A DNA stretch of 64,000 nucleotides from a virus. Under the pieces are notes generated by a model that was not told the DNA's origin, did not search any database, and saw nothing but the letters and a program-made list of their open reading frames with translations. Where the stretch lies: positions 30,887 to 94,886 of IMG/VR virus record IMGVR_UViG_3300025073_000036. The stretch is one strand, 5' to 3'. The position numbers and the translations under genes were made by a program. Shown here piece after piece: positions 46,284 to 56,890 of the stretch (its first letter is position 1; every line of letters begins with the position of its first letter).

Positions 46284-49200
46284 ATGCGCCGTCTCGATCT
46301 CGACCATCCGATCAAGCGGTCTGCGCTGCCCCCGTCCCCCGACCCGGCGGCAGATGGCGACGATCCGGAGGTCTCGACCGCGATGGCCTTCGCGCAGCCC
46401 GCCCCGCCCCCCAGGCTGGACGCTCTACTTCAAGGCGTGCCGGAGGCCCGCCGGCCGGCCGCCAGGCGAGTGCTCGAGGAAGGCGGCCCCGGGTGGCGCC
46501 GCGAACTGCTGGCCCTCCTGGCCGGGCAGGACGAGGCCCGCGCACGGGCCGTGCTCGGCATGGCAGCCGAATACATGCAGGCGCAGCCGCGCCGGACGAG
46601 GGAGAAGCGCGTGAAGCTCACGGATACGCTGCGCAAGGCCGATGATCTGCTGCGCCGGGTGCGCGGCCTCGACGGGGCCGACGGTGGGGAGCGCGAGATC
46701 TCGGCCGAGATGGGCGCGATCCTGTGGGCGCGCCAGGAGAGCGACCTCGTCAAGGGTGAGTCGCACAAGTACCTGCGGCGTGTTCCGACCGGCAACCCGC
46801 GCCGGCCGTGGCGCTACTTCTACAGCGTGGCCGGCGGCAAGGGGCTCGGCCACGAGGACGAGCTCGTCGAGGGCGCCGCCTTCCTGCTCGAGCACAACGG
46901 CAAGCGCGGGCACTTCCATGTCATCGGCCGCACGCCGGACGGGAAGATCACGGTCCGGCACGACGAGAGCGGGCACACCGAAACGCTCGACCCGGCCGTG
47001 TTTGTGGCCATGCTGCACCGAGGCCACGCCCAGGCCATCGCGGCCCACGCCGAGCGCATGGGCCGCGATCTCTCCGCCGTGCGGCAGAGCGGCAGCGCCC
47101 GGCAGCGCGCCCGCCTCGAGGCCGAGGCGGGCAAGTACGGCCACACCCGACACCTCGTCGAGGCCCAGGCCAAGGATTCCAAGGTCGAGCGCCTGCTCGG
47201 TGCGCTGGCCACGGCCGAGGCCGACGCCGCGCGCTTCAAGCGCGAGGGCAAGTTGCGCTCGCTCTACGACGTGAACAGCATGATCGCCGGCCTCAAGCGT
47301 CAGATCCGCGAGGCCGGCGGCCAGGTGCCCGACGAGGTGGCACCTCCGCCGGAAGCGCCCGCCGCGCCCGCACCGGGCAAGGTGCTGACCTTTCCGGGCG
47401 CGAAGGCCTCGAGCGCAGCACCGGAGGCCGGGCCGCCGGGCCTGCCCGCCGCCACGCAGGCCAAGGTCGACCGCGTCGTCGATGGCATGATCGCCCAGGT
47501 CATTCCGCCGGGCCTCAAGGGGCATCCCCGCGTCGGCGAGTTGCACGAGGTCATCCGGGCCTGGGCACAGGAGAACGGCCAGGCCATCGGCGACGGCGAC
47601 ACGGACGCGGTCAAGGCCGCCATGCCCGCGCTCTCCGAGCGCATGAACGCCGTCGGGCGCGAGCTCGTGGCCACGCCGTCGAACACGGTGCCGCTGGCCC
47701 CGAAGAGCGCGGGCGGCAAGGACCCACACCGCGCGCCGGCCCCGGGCGACCGGATCGTCTACAACGCCCCATGGCACGGCGGGGGGCTGCGGGCGACCGT
47801 GACCGGCCTGGCGTCCGATGGGCACATGATGCTCGTCAAGTACGACGACGGCACGACGGGCTCGCTGCCCGCGAGCTTCATGCACCCGGCCTACACCGAC
47901 CACGGCAGCAAAGCCTACTTCGAGGAATTGCGGCCGTCCGGCCCGCCGTCGGAGGCGCAGATCGTCGAGATGAAGGCCCGAGCGGTGGCCCGCCGGCTGG
48001 AAAAGGAAGCCCAGGAGCGGGCCGAGGCCGAGGCCCACGCGCGCGAAACGGCTGGCTGGCACTCGCCCAAGGACCGCACCGAGAACAACAAGCGCCTCAA
48101 GGCCGCGCTCAAGAAGATCACCGGGCACGACTGGTCTGTCACCGGCAGCACCGGGACCGGTTACGGCTGGGTGCATGCCACCCCCGGCATTCCTGACGGA
48201 GAGACGGCCGAGTACCGGGACGGGCCGCACAAAGACCTCTACCGCATGGTCTCGATCATCAGTCCGGGCTCGCGTGACTACGTTCTGCGCGAGGTCGAGA
48301 AGCGGGCCGGCATCTTCACCCCGGGCGCGGTCACGCCGGAGCAGCACAAGGCCCAGGTCGAGACCGACAAGGCGGCGCGAGAGGCGGCCGGGCAGGCGGC
48401 CGCCTCGACGGTCAACGTCGGGTCGGTGGTCCAGATCGACGGCCACCCGCGCCGCTACCTCGTGACGGCGAAAAAGGCCTACGGCGGCAGCCCGCCGAGT
48501 TTCCAGCTCGCCGCACTGTCCGGGGCCGAAGCGGGCAGCGCGCCGAGCGGCGTGGCCGCCGCGCGCGTGACGCTGCACCCGGATCAGACGGTCGCCTTCC
48601 ACGGGGCCAACGCGCCGAAGCTGCGCAACAAGGCCGCCGCGCACGCTTTCATCTACCGCGCGGACCACCCGGAGGACACCGAGCGGGTGCGGGCGACGAT
48701 CAACGCCGCCCCCGTGAACCTCGACCCGCCTCCGGCGCCCACGAAGGCCGACCGGGTGCAGCGGGCGCGCGAGCGGGCCGTGGAGGCCGGGACGGCCTTG
48801 CCTACCGCCCCCGCGCCCTCCCAGGCGGCCGAGCCTTCAGCCGAGCCCGCTGCGGCCGCAGCGCCGGCCGGCGATGTGCGTTTCGGTGACGTGAAGACGG
48901 CCACGACCCGCAGCACCGGCGTCACGGTCTATCAGGCCCCGACGAAGGGGAACGTGCCGGCCGAGCGCCTGGCAGAGATGGACGCCGACGCCAAGGCCCG
49001 GGGCGGCTACCGCCTGCGGGGCGAGCCGCACACGTTCCGCACCGAGGCCGCAGCTCGTGACTTCATGGCGAAGTGGGGCACCCCGGCATCCACTGAGGCC
49101 CCGCTCGATGGTCGGGCAGCCGAGCACGAGGGCAAGGCCGCGCGCCACGAGGTCGAAGCCAGCCGCTTCGAGCCTGAGCATCCCGTCGCCGAAAAACACC

Positions 49201-52148
49201 GCGAGGCGGCCATCGCACACCGCAAGGCGGCGCGAGCATTCGACCGCGCGGCCGCGAGCCCCAGCATGGCGCCCATGGCTGGCCGGCTGGCCGACGAGGC
49301 GCAGGCCCGCAGCCGGGACGTGGAAAGCGTCGCCGGCCGCCTGGCCGAGCGTGACGCGCTCCGGCAGGCCGCAGGGCAGCCCGGGCCGGCGAGCAAAACG
49401 CCGGCCGAGCGGGCGGCGCCCGCCGCATTGCCCACGCCCGCCACGCCGACCGGCCTGCAGCCGGCGGACTCGGCGCACTATCAGGTGCTGGGCGGCGACT
49501 CTCACGAGGTCGCCCAGGCCCGTCAGAAGGCCAAAACGGCCGCCGCCGAGTACGAGCGGGCCACCGCCATGGCCTACGCGCGAAGCAAGGGCGCCAACCC
49601 CGGATCGGCCGCAGCCCGGGAGGCGAAAGAGGTCGCCGGTGACCGCCGGGAGCGGGCCGAAGCCGCGCACGATGCGCTCGTAACCGCCGTCGGCAGGATG
49701 GCCGGCAGCGTGGCCCCGGCGGCCCCGGTCGAGCTACCTCGCACCGGCGTTGTCGAGGTCAGCCGCCGCGACCCGCTGACCGACCGGGTCAGCATCGAGC
49801 GCGTGGATCTCGATGCCCACCGGGCGCAGTGGGCGGCCGCCGCGCGGACCTACGACGACGATCTGCTCACGGCCAAGATCAAAGGCCACCGGGGCAACGT
49901 CACTTCCATGCGTTTCCACCAGGCGGGCGAGCGGGCGCAAACTGTCGTTGCGCTCGAGGCCCTGGAGGCCGAGAAGGCCCGCCGCAAGGTCGAGCGGGCT
50001 GCGCCCGCCGCTGCCCCGACCATCACCGCCGAGCAGGCCTCGACGGCCGCCGCCGCGCAGCGCGACAAGCACACCGACCGCGCCGTCTGGCACCGAGATC
50101 GCGCCGACGCGCTCGAGATGATGGGGGACTCGAGCGGCGCCGCGAAACACCGGGACGCGCACGGCGCACACGCTGCCGCTGAGAGCGCGCACCACGCCGT
50201 TCGGGTCAACGTCGTCAACGGCCGCGCCAGCATGCTCGACACGCTCATCCCGGCCGCGCAGCAGAAGACGACCGCCGCCGAGCGGGCCTCACAGGCGGCC
50301 GACGCTCACATCGCCGCCCCGACGAAGAGCAAGGACGAGATCGAGCACGACCTGGGCCGCAAGGGCGTCGGGTACATGGACCGCGTCGAGCCCGTGATCG
50401 CCGAACTGGAGGCCAAGCGGGCAGCAGCAGGCCCCGGGGCCGCCAGCGAGCAGCAGGCCCACCCGGGGGCTGCGCCTGCAAAGTGGACGAAGCGCCACGA
50501 CGAAGGCGGCCGGCCGGTCTACGACTCGCCCAGCGGCCGCGTGCGGGTCATCGGCAACCCCAACGGCCTGCACCATGTCATTCAGCAGGATCTCGCCACC
50601 GGGCGCTGGGTGGGCACCTTCGACGGGCCGCGCTCCGAGGCCATGGAGGCCGCCGTGCGCACGGAGGCCTCCGCCGCGCAACAGACGGTCGAGACCGAGA
50701 AGGCCCGCGAGGCGGCCCTGCAGGCGGGCGAGCGCGAGGCCCGCGCCCGGGCCATGCTCGGCACCGAGACGGCTTCCGTCGTGGCCGCCGGGAACGCGCG
50801 CCGCACGGCCGAGCAGCGGGCGGCCGATCACGCTCTCGCCGACCGCGCGCAGGCCGCGCGCCACGCATTCAGCGCAGCGGTGCAGGAGCATCAGGGCGGC
50901 GCCGAGATCAACCGGCACTCGCGCCGGCTGATGGATCTCGACTCCGGCGTCAACGTCCTGCGCACCAGCCGGGACGCCGTCGGCGGGCAGATGAGCCCGG
51001 GCGCGCTCGATGGCAACCGGGCGCAGGTGCGATCCGAGGCCGAGGCCCTGGAGGCCGCAGCGGCGAAGATCAAGGCCGAGGCCGCGTCGCCGCCCCCGGC
51101 CCCCGACGCACCCCACGCGCACGCGCTCGGTGTCGAGGTCAGCCGTGCGCAGGTCAACCGGCGGCTGGCCCAGGCAGCGCACGAGGGCACGAGCCATGTG
51201 CCGGAGAAGCGGGCCGAGCAGGAGGTCGACGGTTACGTCTCGCACATGAACGAGGTGGCCGCCGATCTCGCGCGGCACGCCACGACGCCGGAGAAACGCG
51301 CGCAGCTCAAGGAAGAGCTGGAACGCTACCGGGACGGCTACCTGCAGCGGTTCCACGCCCACCTGTCGGCCCGCTCTCGCGTGATCTCGCCGCTCGTGAC
51401 CGGCCCGGCCCGCTTCCCGGTCGCACGCAATCAGAAGGCCAACGCCACGGCCGACAAGCGCACCGGCGAGCTCGTGGAGTGGTCGACCAGCGCCCGCCGT
51501 GCGATCCGCAACAAGCTCAACCCAGCGACGGTCTCGTCCGACCGGGCCGACGCACACGAGATCCTGACCGACCGAGTCGGGAAGCTCCGGCAGCGTCAGG
51601 AGTCGATGAAGGCGCAGAACGCCATCATCCGGGGCAAGGGCAGCGAGGACGAGAAGATCGCCCGGCTGCGCGAGCTCGGTCTCGGCGAGGCGGCGGCCCG
51701 CGCGCTCTTCAAACCAGATTTCGCCGGCCGCGTCGGCTGGCCCGACTACGTGCTCAAGAACAACCTGGCCGAGATCAAGCGCCTCGAGGGCCGCTCGGTC
51801 GAGGTGGCCAAGGAAACGAGCACGGCCTCGAGCGAGCACACCTTCGGGGACGTTCGCGTCGAGGACTCGGCGGAGGACAACCGGATCAGGCTCTTCTACC
51901 CGGGCAAGCCCGACGCCGAGACCATCGGGAAGCTCAAGCGGCACGGGTTCCGCTGGTCGCCGAGCGAAGGCGCCTGGCAGCGGTTCCGCAACGACAGCAC
52001 CCGGTCGGTGCTGCGCCATCACTTCGGGATGGATCTCGGCTCGTCGGGGGAGAGCGAGGGAGAGTCGCTGCAGAAGGCCGAGCCGCCCCGGTCGAGCGAG
52101 CTTGTGAGCCGCGCGGACGCGCTGCTCGCTCTCGTTCGTGGTGCCTGA
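46284..52148 (+). CDS. Large polyvalent (likely virion-internal) protein with C-terminal DUF3560-like domain
   Basis: About 1950 aa; VTGPARFP, SSDR, NNLAEIKRL, EDNRIRLFYPGKPD...GFRWSPSEGAWQR; SH3/KOW-like segments; Ala/His-rich linkers. Confidence 0.7.
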   Translation: MRRLDLDHPIKRSALPPSPDPAADGDDPEVSTAMAFAQPAPPPRLDALLQGVPEARRPAARRVLEEGGPGWRRELLALLAGQDEARARAVLGMAAEYMQAQPRRTREKRVKLTDTLRKADDLLRRVRGLDGADGGEREISAEMGAILWARQESDLVKGESHKYLRRVPTGNPRRPWRYFYSVAGGKGLGHEDELVEGAAFLLEHNGKRGHFHVIGRTPDGKITVRHDESGHTETLDPAVFVAMLHRGHAQAIAAHAERMGRDLSAVRQSGSARQRARLEAEAGKYGHTRHLVEAQAKDSKVERLLGALATAEADAARFKREGKLRSLYDVNSMIAGLKRQIREAGGQVPDEVAPPPEAPAAPAPGKVLTFPGAKASSAAPEAGPPGLPAATQAKVDRVVDGMIAQVIPPGLKGHPRVGELHEVIRAWAQENGQAIGDGDTDAVKAAMPALSERMNAVGRELVATPSNTVPLAPKSAGGKDPHRAPAPGDRIVYNAPWHGGGLRATVTGLASDGHMMLVKYDDGTTGSLPASFMHPAYTDHGSKAYFEELRPSGPPSEAQIVEMKARAVARRLEKEAQERAEAEAHARETAGWHSPKDRTENNKRLKAALKKITGHDWSVTGSTGTGYGWVHATPGIPDGETAEYRDGPHKDLYRMVSIISPGSRDYVLREVEKRAGIFTPGAVTPEQHKAQVETDKAAREAAGQAAASTVNVGSVVQIDGHPRRYLVTAKKAYGGSPPSFQLAALSGAEAGSAPSGVAAARVTLHPDQTVAFHGANAPKLRNKAAAHAFIYRADHPEDTERVRATINAAPVNLDPPPAPTKADRVQRARERAVEAGTALPTAPAPSQAAEPSAEPAAAAAPAGDVRFGDVKTATTRSTGVTVYQAPTKGNVPAERLAEMDADAKARGGYRLRGEPHTFRTEAAARDFMAKWGTPASTEAPLDGRAAEHEGKAARHEVEASRFEPEHPVAEKHREAAIAHRKAARAFDRAAASPSMAPMAGRLADEAQARSRDVESVAGRLAERDALRQAAGQPGPASKTPAERAAPAALPTPATPTGLQPADSAHYQVLGGDSHEVAQARQKAKTAAAEYERATAMAYARSKGANPGSAAAREAKEVAGDRRERAEAAHDALVTAVGRMAGSVAPAAPVELPRTGVVEVSRRDPLTDRVSIERVDLDAHRAQWAAAARTYDDDLLTAKIKGHRGNVTSMRFHQAGERAQTVVALEALEAEKARRKVERAAPAAAPTITAEQASTAAAAQRDKHTDRAVWHRDRADALEMMGDSSGAAKHRDAHGAHAAAESAHHAVRVNVVNGRASMLDTLIPAAQQKTTAAERASQAADAHIAAPTKSKDEIEHDLGRKGVGYMDRVEPVIAELEAKRAAAGPGAASEQQAHPGAAPAKWTKRHDEGGRPVYDSPSGRVRVIGNPNGLHHVIQQDLATGRWVGTFDGPRSEAMEAAVRTEASAAQQTVETEKAREAALQAGEREARARAMLGTETASVVAAGNARRTAEQRAADHALADRAQAARHAFSAAVQEHQGGAEINRHSRRLMDLDSGVNVLRTSRDAVGGQMSPGALDGNRAQVRSEAEALEAAAAKIKAEAASPPPAPDAPHAHALGVEVSRAQVNRRLAQAAHEGTSHVPEKRAEQEVDGYVSHMNEVAADLARHATTPEKRAQLKEELERYRDGYLQRFHAHLSARSRVISPLVTGPARFPVARNQKANATADKRTGELVEWSTSARRAIRNKLNPATVSSDRADAHEILTDRVGKLRQRQESMKAQNAIIRGKGSEDEKIARLRELGLGEAAARALFKPDFAGRVGWPDYVLKNNLAEIKRLEGRSVEVAKETSTASSEHTFGDVRVEDSAEDNRIRLFYPGKPDAETIGKLKRHGFRWSPSEGAWQRFRNDSTRSVLRHHFGMDLGSSGESEGESLQKAEPPRSSELVSRADALLALVRGA

Positions 52149-52735
52149 TGGGCGACCCGACCCGGCTGGCCAAGGCCGACGGCGGGCCGGCGCAGCTCGT
52201 GCGGGCCGCCGTCGCGCGCGCCCCGCACCCGCTGGGGCCGCCGCCCGCCCGCAACCGGGCCACGTTCCCCTATCAGGGCACGGTGGACTTCCAAGGCCTC
52301 ACGATCCGGGTCGAGAACGCCGTCGGCTCGACTCGGCGCGGCACGAGCCCGGACGGAACACCGTGGGAGACGCGCATGCGCGTCCACTACGGCGAGTTCG
52401 CCGGCAGCATCGGCGCCGACGGCGACGCGGTGGATTGTTTCGTCGGCCCCGGCCGCTTCGAGCCCTACGTCTACGTGGTACACACGCAGGACCCGGGCAC
52501 GCGCCGCTACGACGAGGACAAGGTCATGCTCGGCTTCCGCAGTCGTGACGAGGCCCTGGCCGTCTTCCGCGCGCACTACACCGGGCGAGGTTTCGTGCAG
52601 AGCGTGCGCCGCTTGACCATCGGGGAGTTGCGGGCCTGGCTGGCCGCCCCGCAGAATCGCGGCCGCAAGATCAACGGCGGCGACGTGCTGGCCAAGGCCG
52701 ACGCGCTGCTCGCCCGCGTCCGGTCGGGGGAGTAG
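52148..52735 (+). CDS. InPase (inorganic pyrophosphatase-like domain of phage polyvalent systems)
   Basis: GLTIRVEN..GS.R.G...W...M..HYG...GADGDAVD.FVGP...DEDKVMLGF. Confidence 0.8.
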   Translation: MGDPTRLAKADGGPAQLVRAAVARAPHPLGPPPARNRATFPYQGTVDFQGLTIRVENAVGSTRRGTSPDGTPWETRMRVHYGEFAGSIGADGDAVDCFVGPGRFEPYVYVVHTQDPGTRRYDEDKVMLGFRSRDEALAVFRAHYTGRGFVQSVRRLTIGELRAWLAAPQNRGRKINGGDVLAKADALLARVRSGE

Positions 52736-52737
52736 TG

Positions 52738-54513
52738 ATGGATCTGTGGGAAAAGCTCGGCGAAATCGCCTTCGGCGTGCTCGAGCAGCGAGAGGAAGAA
52801 CGGATCGCCAAGGCCGCCAGGCCGGCCGGTAGCGGGCTGACGGACGAGGGCGACGACGAGGCCAAGCGCAAGCGGCAGCAAAAAGGCAAGGGGCCGGCCG
52901 GCATCTTCACGGACCCGGATCTCGAGCTCTACAACAAGAGCACCGGGGGCGACTACGTCGAGCGCCCGAGCGGCATCGACCTCGACGTGCTGCGCCGCAT
53001 GGCGCGCACGCCCCCCATCGCCGCCGTGGGCAACGTGATGTGCGACGGCCTGGCCGAGTTCTGCACCGCCCAGGCCGACCGCTCGCTGCCCGGGCACGAA
53101 GTCCGCATGCGCGGCAAAAACCGCCGCTACACGCCCACGAAGGCCGAGCGGGCCGAAATGGAGCGCGTGCAGCGGTTCGTCACCAACTGCGGCTACTACG
53201 AGAACGAGGCCGAGCTCGTGAACCGGCCCGATCTCGAATCGACGGTCCGAGCCACCTTCTGGGACTCGTTCAGGTTCGATCAAATGTGCTGGCAGGTCGA
53301 GCCGACCGCCGCATGGAAGCTCGGCGGCCGCTTCGAGCCGTTCCGCTTCTACGGCTGGCCCGGGCACACGATCCGGCTGGCCATGCCGCCCCAGGACGGC
53401 TCGCGCCTGCCCGACGACGACCTGACGAGCCCGCGCTACGTGCAGGTCGACCGGCACGACAACGTCGTGGCCTCGTTCACCGGGCAGCAGATGATGTTCG
53501 GCGTCCTGCACCCCATGACCGACATCGAAAACGCCGGCTACGGGTACGGCGTGCTCGAGCAGTTGATCGACGTGCTCGCCGCGTGGCTGTACGGCTACGG
53601 CTACAACAAGGCCTATTTCAAGCAGGGGGCCAACGTGCGCGGCGTCCTGCACTTCGAGACCGAGCCGCCGAAAGAGCAGCAGCGCCGGTTCGAGCGGTAC
53701 TTCCACGCCCTGATCGCCGGTGTCGGCAACGCGCACAAGGTTCCCATCGCCTGGGGCGGTAAGGCGCAGTGGCTCGGCCTGGGCGCGAACAACCGCGAGA
53801 TGGAGTTCTCGCAGTGGCTCGACTTCCTCAACAAGGTGCTGTGCGCGATCTGTGGCATCGATCCCGTCGAGATCAACTTCACCTATGGCAACAGCGGGCA
53901 GACGGCGGCCATCGGCGGGCAGGCCTCGGCCCCGGAGCGCATCCAGGCCTCGCGCGCCCGTTGGCTGCGGCCCCGGGTGCGGGCGCTCTTCAAGTGGCTC
54001 AATCGCTGGGTGGTCTACCCGCTGCGGCCGGAGATGGAGTGCGTGCCCACCGGCATCGACGAGAAGAGCGAGGCGGCCGAGCGCGAGCGCATGATGGATC
54101 TCGTCAAGCACACGCACTACGTCGACGAGGTCCGGGCCATGATGGGCGACAAGCCACTGCCCGACGGCGACGGCAAGGTCATCCTCGATCCCACATGGCT
54201 GCAGATGAAACAGGCCCAGCAGCCCGCACCGGGCGAAGGCGACGACGCGGCCGCCGCCGGTGATGTCCCGCCGGAGGACGCCGACGCAGCGGCCGAAAAG
54301 CTGCTCGCCGGAAAGGGCCAGGACGAGGGCCAGGAGGCCGCGCAGGAAGCGGACGAGGGCGAGGCCACGCCCGCCGCTGCTTCGGCCGCCAAACGACCGG
54401 CCAGGCGGCCCGGCAAGTCTGATCTCTTCGATGCCTCGCTGATCAAGGGCGAGGTCACTTCCACGCCGCCCGCGCGCCGTGATACATCGTGGACGGCCAT
54501 CATCAACCTGTGA
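52738..54513 (+). CDS. Portal protein
   Basis: GYG..EQL...YN..YF.QGA..RG.L...NREMEF..W...ICGIDP.EI...VDEVRA..G..PLPDGD. Confidence 0.88.
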   Translation: MDLWEKLGEIAFGVLEQREEERIAKAARPAGSGLTDEGDDEAKRKRQQKGKGPAGIFTDPDLELYNKSTGGDYVERPSGIDLDVLRRMARTPPIAAVGNVMCDGLAEFCTAQADRSLPGHEVRMRGKNRRYTPTKAERAEMERVQRFVTNCGYYENEAELVNRPDLESTVRATFWDSFRFDQMCWQVEPTAAWKLGGRFEPFRFYGWPGHTIRLAMPPQDGSRLPDDDLTSPRYVQVDRHDNVVASFTGQQMMFGVLHPMTDIENAGYGYGVLEQLIDVLAAWLYGYGYNKAYFKQGANVRGVLHFETEPPKEQQRRFERYFHALIAGVGNAHKVPIAWGGKAQWLGLGANNREMEFSQWLDFLNKVLCAICGIDPVEINFTYGNSGQTAAIGGQASAPERIQASRARWLRPRVRALFKWLNRWVVYPLRPEMECVPTGIDEKSEAAERERMMDLVKHTHYVDEVRAMMGDKPLPDGDGKVILDPTWLQMKQAQQPAPGEGDDAAAAGDVPPEDADAAAEKLLAGKGQDEGQEAAQEADEGEATPAAASAAKRPARRPGKSDLFDASLIKGEVTSTPPARRDTSWTAIINL

Positions 54514-54530
54514 GTGAGGGGGGAAACCCG

Positions 54531-54980
54531 ATGTCTCTCGCGAAGCGAAACGCAACCCCGTCCGACATGGCCGCCGCCGGCAGCCTGGACGATGCCCGCC
54601 TGCGCACCATCGAATTCGACGTGCTGGCCCCCACCGCCGACGTGTTCGGTTTCTGGAAGGCGCCGTGCTCCGGGCGCGTCCTGCGCATCGAGGGCCGCCT
54701 CAAGGTGGCGGCCAGCGGTGCCGGCGCCGCCGACAGCCTGACGTGCAACGTGCGCAAGGCCGGCGTGACCATCCAGTCGGCGGTCATGACGTTCGCCCAG
54801 GCGGACGGCGACGACAACGACGAGGTGGCCGGGCTCAAGACCGATCACGCCGACTACGACGCGGCCGAGAAGGGGATCAAGTTCAGCTCCGGCGAGGTGT
54901 TCGACCTGAACATCGCCGCCATTCAGGCCGGCGCCACGCCCGCCACGAAGCTGACGGTGCAGGTCACGATCCTCGTGTGA
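54531..54980 (+). CDS. Hypothetical beta-rich virion protein (head decoration-like)
   Basis: Strong RBS; beta-strand pattern; head module. Confidence 0.6.
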   Translation: MSLAKRNATPSDMAAAGSLDDARLRTIEFDVLAPTADVFGFWKAPCSGRVLRIEGRLKVAASGAGAADSLTCNVRKAGVTIQSAVMTFAQADGDDNDEVAGLKTDHADYDAAEKGIKFSSGEVFDLNIAAIQAGATPATKLTVQVTILV

Positions 54981-55020
54981 TGTCCGGCCGGCCTCGTGCC
55001 GGCCAGTGGGAGGTGCGACG

Positions 55021-55431
55021 GTGGCGATCCTGACGACGCTCGGCCTCGAGCTGGGTCTCAACCCGCAGCAGTTCGGCACGACGGACACCTCCGCCGCCCG
55101 GCGCGGTGTCATCGCGCAGCGCGAAATCAGGATCGCCGACTCGACCCTCAACCGGGCGAGCGCCCACCCTCAGATCGAGGTCGCGGCCGGGCAGACGTTG
55201 CAGATCGGCATCGGGTCCATCAGCTCGGCCCTCCTGCTCTACATCGAGACCGACCGCGAGGTGCAGGTGCGCACGAGTGCCGTGGACGGCGAGGCCTGGA
55301 CGGTGGCGCCGCTCTCCAGCGGCGCCCCGGGCATTCTGTGCAAGTCGGGCGCCTTCGCCGGTGTGTGGATCACCAACCCCGGCGCCAACCCGGCCCTCCT
55401 GGCCGTCGTGGTGGCCGGCCTCGAGTCGTGA
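55021..55431 (+). CDS. Hypothetical beta-rich virion protein
   Basis: GGAGG RBS; head module. Confidence 0.6.
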   Translation: MAILTTLGLELGLNPQQFGTTDTSAARRGVIAQREIRIADSTLNRASAHPQIEVAAGQTLQIGIGSISSALLLYIETDREVQVRTSAVDGEAWTVAPLSSGAPGILCKSGAFAGVWITNPGANPALLAVVVAGLES

Positions 55432-55441
55432 GGCCTCGACC

Positions 55442-56890
55442 GTGCAGGTCGAGATCCGAGAAGCGCAGCCGGGCGAAGTCGTCGAGAAGCTGCCCGCCAT
55501 CGTCGAGGCCCTGCTCAAGGCCGATCCGCAGGCCGACGACGCGCTGATCAAAGCCGTGGTCGGCCGGGTCCGTGCCGCAGGTCAGGAGCACGGCCACGAG
55601 GCCGCCCCGGAGGACCCGGGGGCGGCCGAACGGTTTTGGCGTTGGCAGGTCGGCGCCCGCCTGTCGCAGGCCGGCCGGGAGGCCTTCGGGCGCCGCTACG
55701 CCCGGATCTCCGCCCGCCTGTCGGCCGAGGTTTTCGGCGACGAGGACGAGCTCGTCAAGGCGTGGTCGGTGGGCGGATTGTGGGGCGCCGTCAGGGGCGC
55801 CGCCTCGCGCCTGCGGGCCACCCTGGCCGACCGTCTGGCGCGCCTGCGGGGCATCGTCTCCGACGAGCACAAGGCCCTCGCGGTCGACCTCTACGGCCCC
55901 GACGCCGTGGACGGGCAGACCCTCGAGCGTCTGCGGCAGGACGGCACGATCTCCGACACCGACCTCGAGACGGCCGGCCAGCTCGGCATCCTGGGCGGGG
56001 CCAGCGAGATCGGGGCGGTCCTGGCCGACGACGAGAGCGCCGACGATCTGAGCGTGCCGGAGGCCCGCCGGCTGGCCGAACAACTGGCGGCCGACCGCGT
56101 CGAGGCCCCGGAGGCGCCCCCGGCGCCGCCTCCGGCCCCACCGCCCCCGGACGAGCCACCGCCCGCCCCCCCGCCCGGCGGGGACGACGCCGCACGCACC
56201 CTGCGCCAGGTGGCGGCCGAGCAGGCCCGGACGAGGGGCGCGCAGCGCGTCGTCGGCCTGGGGAACACGGTCGGTGACGACCTCGTCACGGTGGCCATCG
56301 ACAGCGAGAACGAGCGCGCCCAGGAGCTCCGGCGCCGCATCGCGCAGTCGGTGGGCGAGGGCATCGCGCAGGGCGAGTCGCGCAACGAGATCCGCCGCCG
56401 CGTCGTGGCCGCGCTCGAGGGCGACTACGCCCGCGACATCGACCGCATCGTGGACACCGAGACGCACACGGCCATGCAGCAGGCCTACGCCGACCGCACG
56501 CTCGAGCGGTACGGCAAGGACGTGCTCGTCGCCGTCGTGCCGTCGCCGTCGGCCTGCGCGGCCTGCCTGCGCCTCTACACCGAGGGCGGCACGCCCAGGA
56601 TCTTCCGTCTGGCCGAGCTGCCGCCGTCGGCCGTGAACTTCCGGCGCAAGGCCGCCGACCGGGTGGCCTGCCTGCCGCCCCTGCATCCGTGGTGCGGCTG
56701 CCATGTCATCCGTGTGCCCGCCGGGTGGACCATCGACAAGGCCGGGATCGTGATGCCGCCACCCAAGCGCAAACCGGAGCCGGAGGGCGCGCCGCCCGCC
56801 GGGGGTGACCCGCTGGTCAAGGCCGATCCGCCCGCCGTCGCGCGCCCCGCCTGGACGTGGGGCCGCCGTTTTCGTGAGGGGAACCGATGA
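55442..56890 (+). CDS. Head morphogenesis protein (Mu gpF/SPP1 gp7-like)
   Basis: RIVDTE...ACAAC...PPLHPWCGC. Confidence 0.8.
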   Translation: MQVEIREAQPGEVVEKLPAIVEALLKADPQADDALIKAVVGRVRAAGQEHGHEAAPEDPGAAERFWRWQVGARLSQAGREAFGRRYARISARLSAEVFGDEDELVKAWSVGGLWGAVRGAASRLRATLADRLARLRGIVSDEHKALAVDLYGPDAVDGQTLERLRQDGTISDTDLETAGQLGILGGASEIGAVLADDESADDLSVPEARRLAEQLAADRVEAPEAPPAPPPAPPPPDEPPPAPPPGGDDAARTLRQVAAEQARTRGAQRVVGLGNTVGDDLVTVAIDSENERAQELRRRIAQSVGEGIAQGESRNEIRRRVVAALEGDYARDIDRIVDTETHTAMQQAYADRTLERYGKDVLVAVVPSPSACAACLRLYTEGGTPRIFRLAELPPSAVNFRRKAADRVACLPPLHPWCGCHVIRVPAGWTIDKAGIVMPPPKRKPEPEGAPPAGGDPLVKADPPAVARPAWTWGRRFREGNR

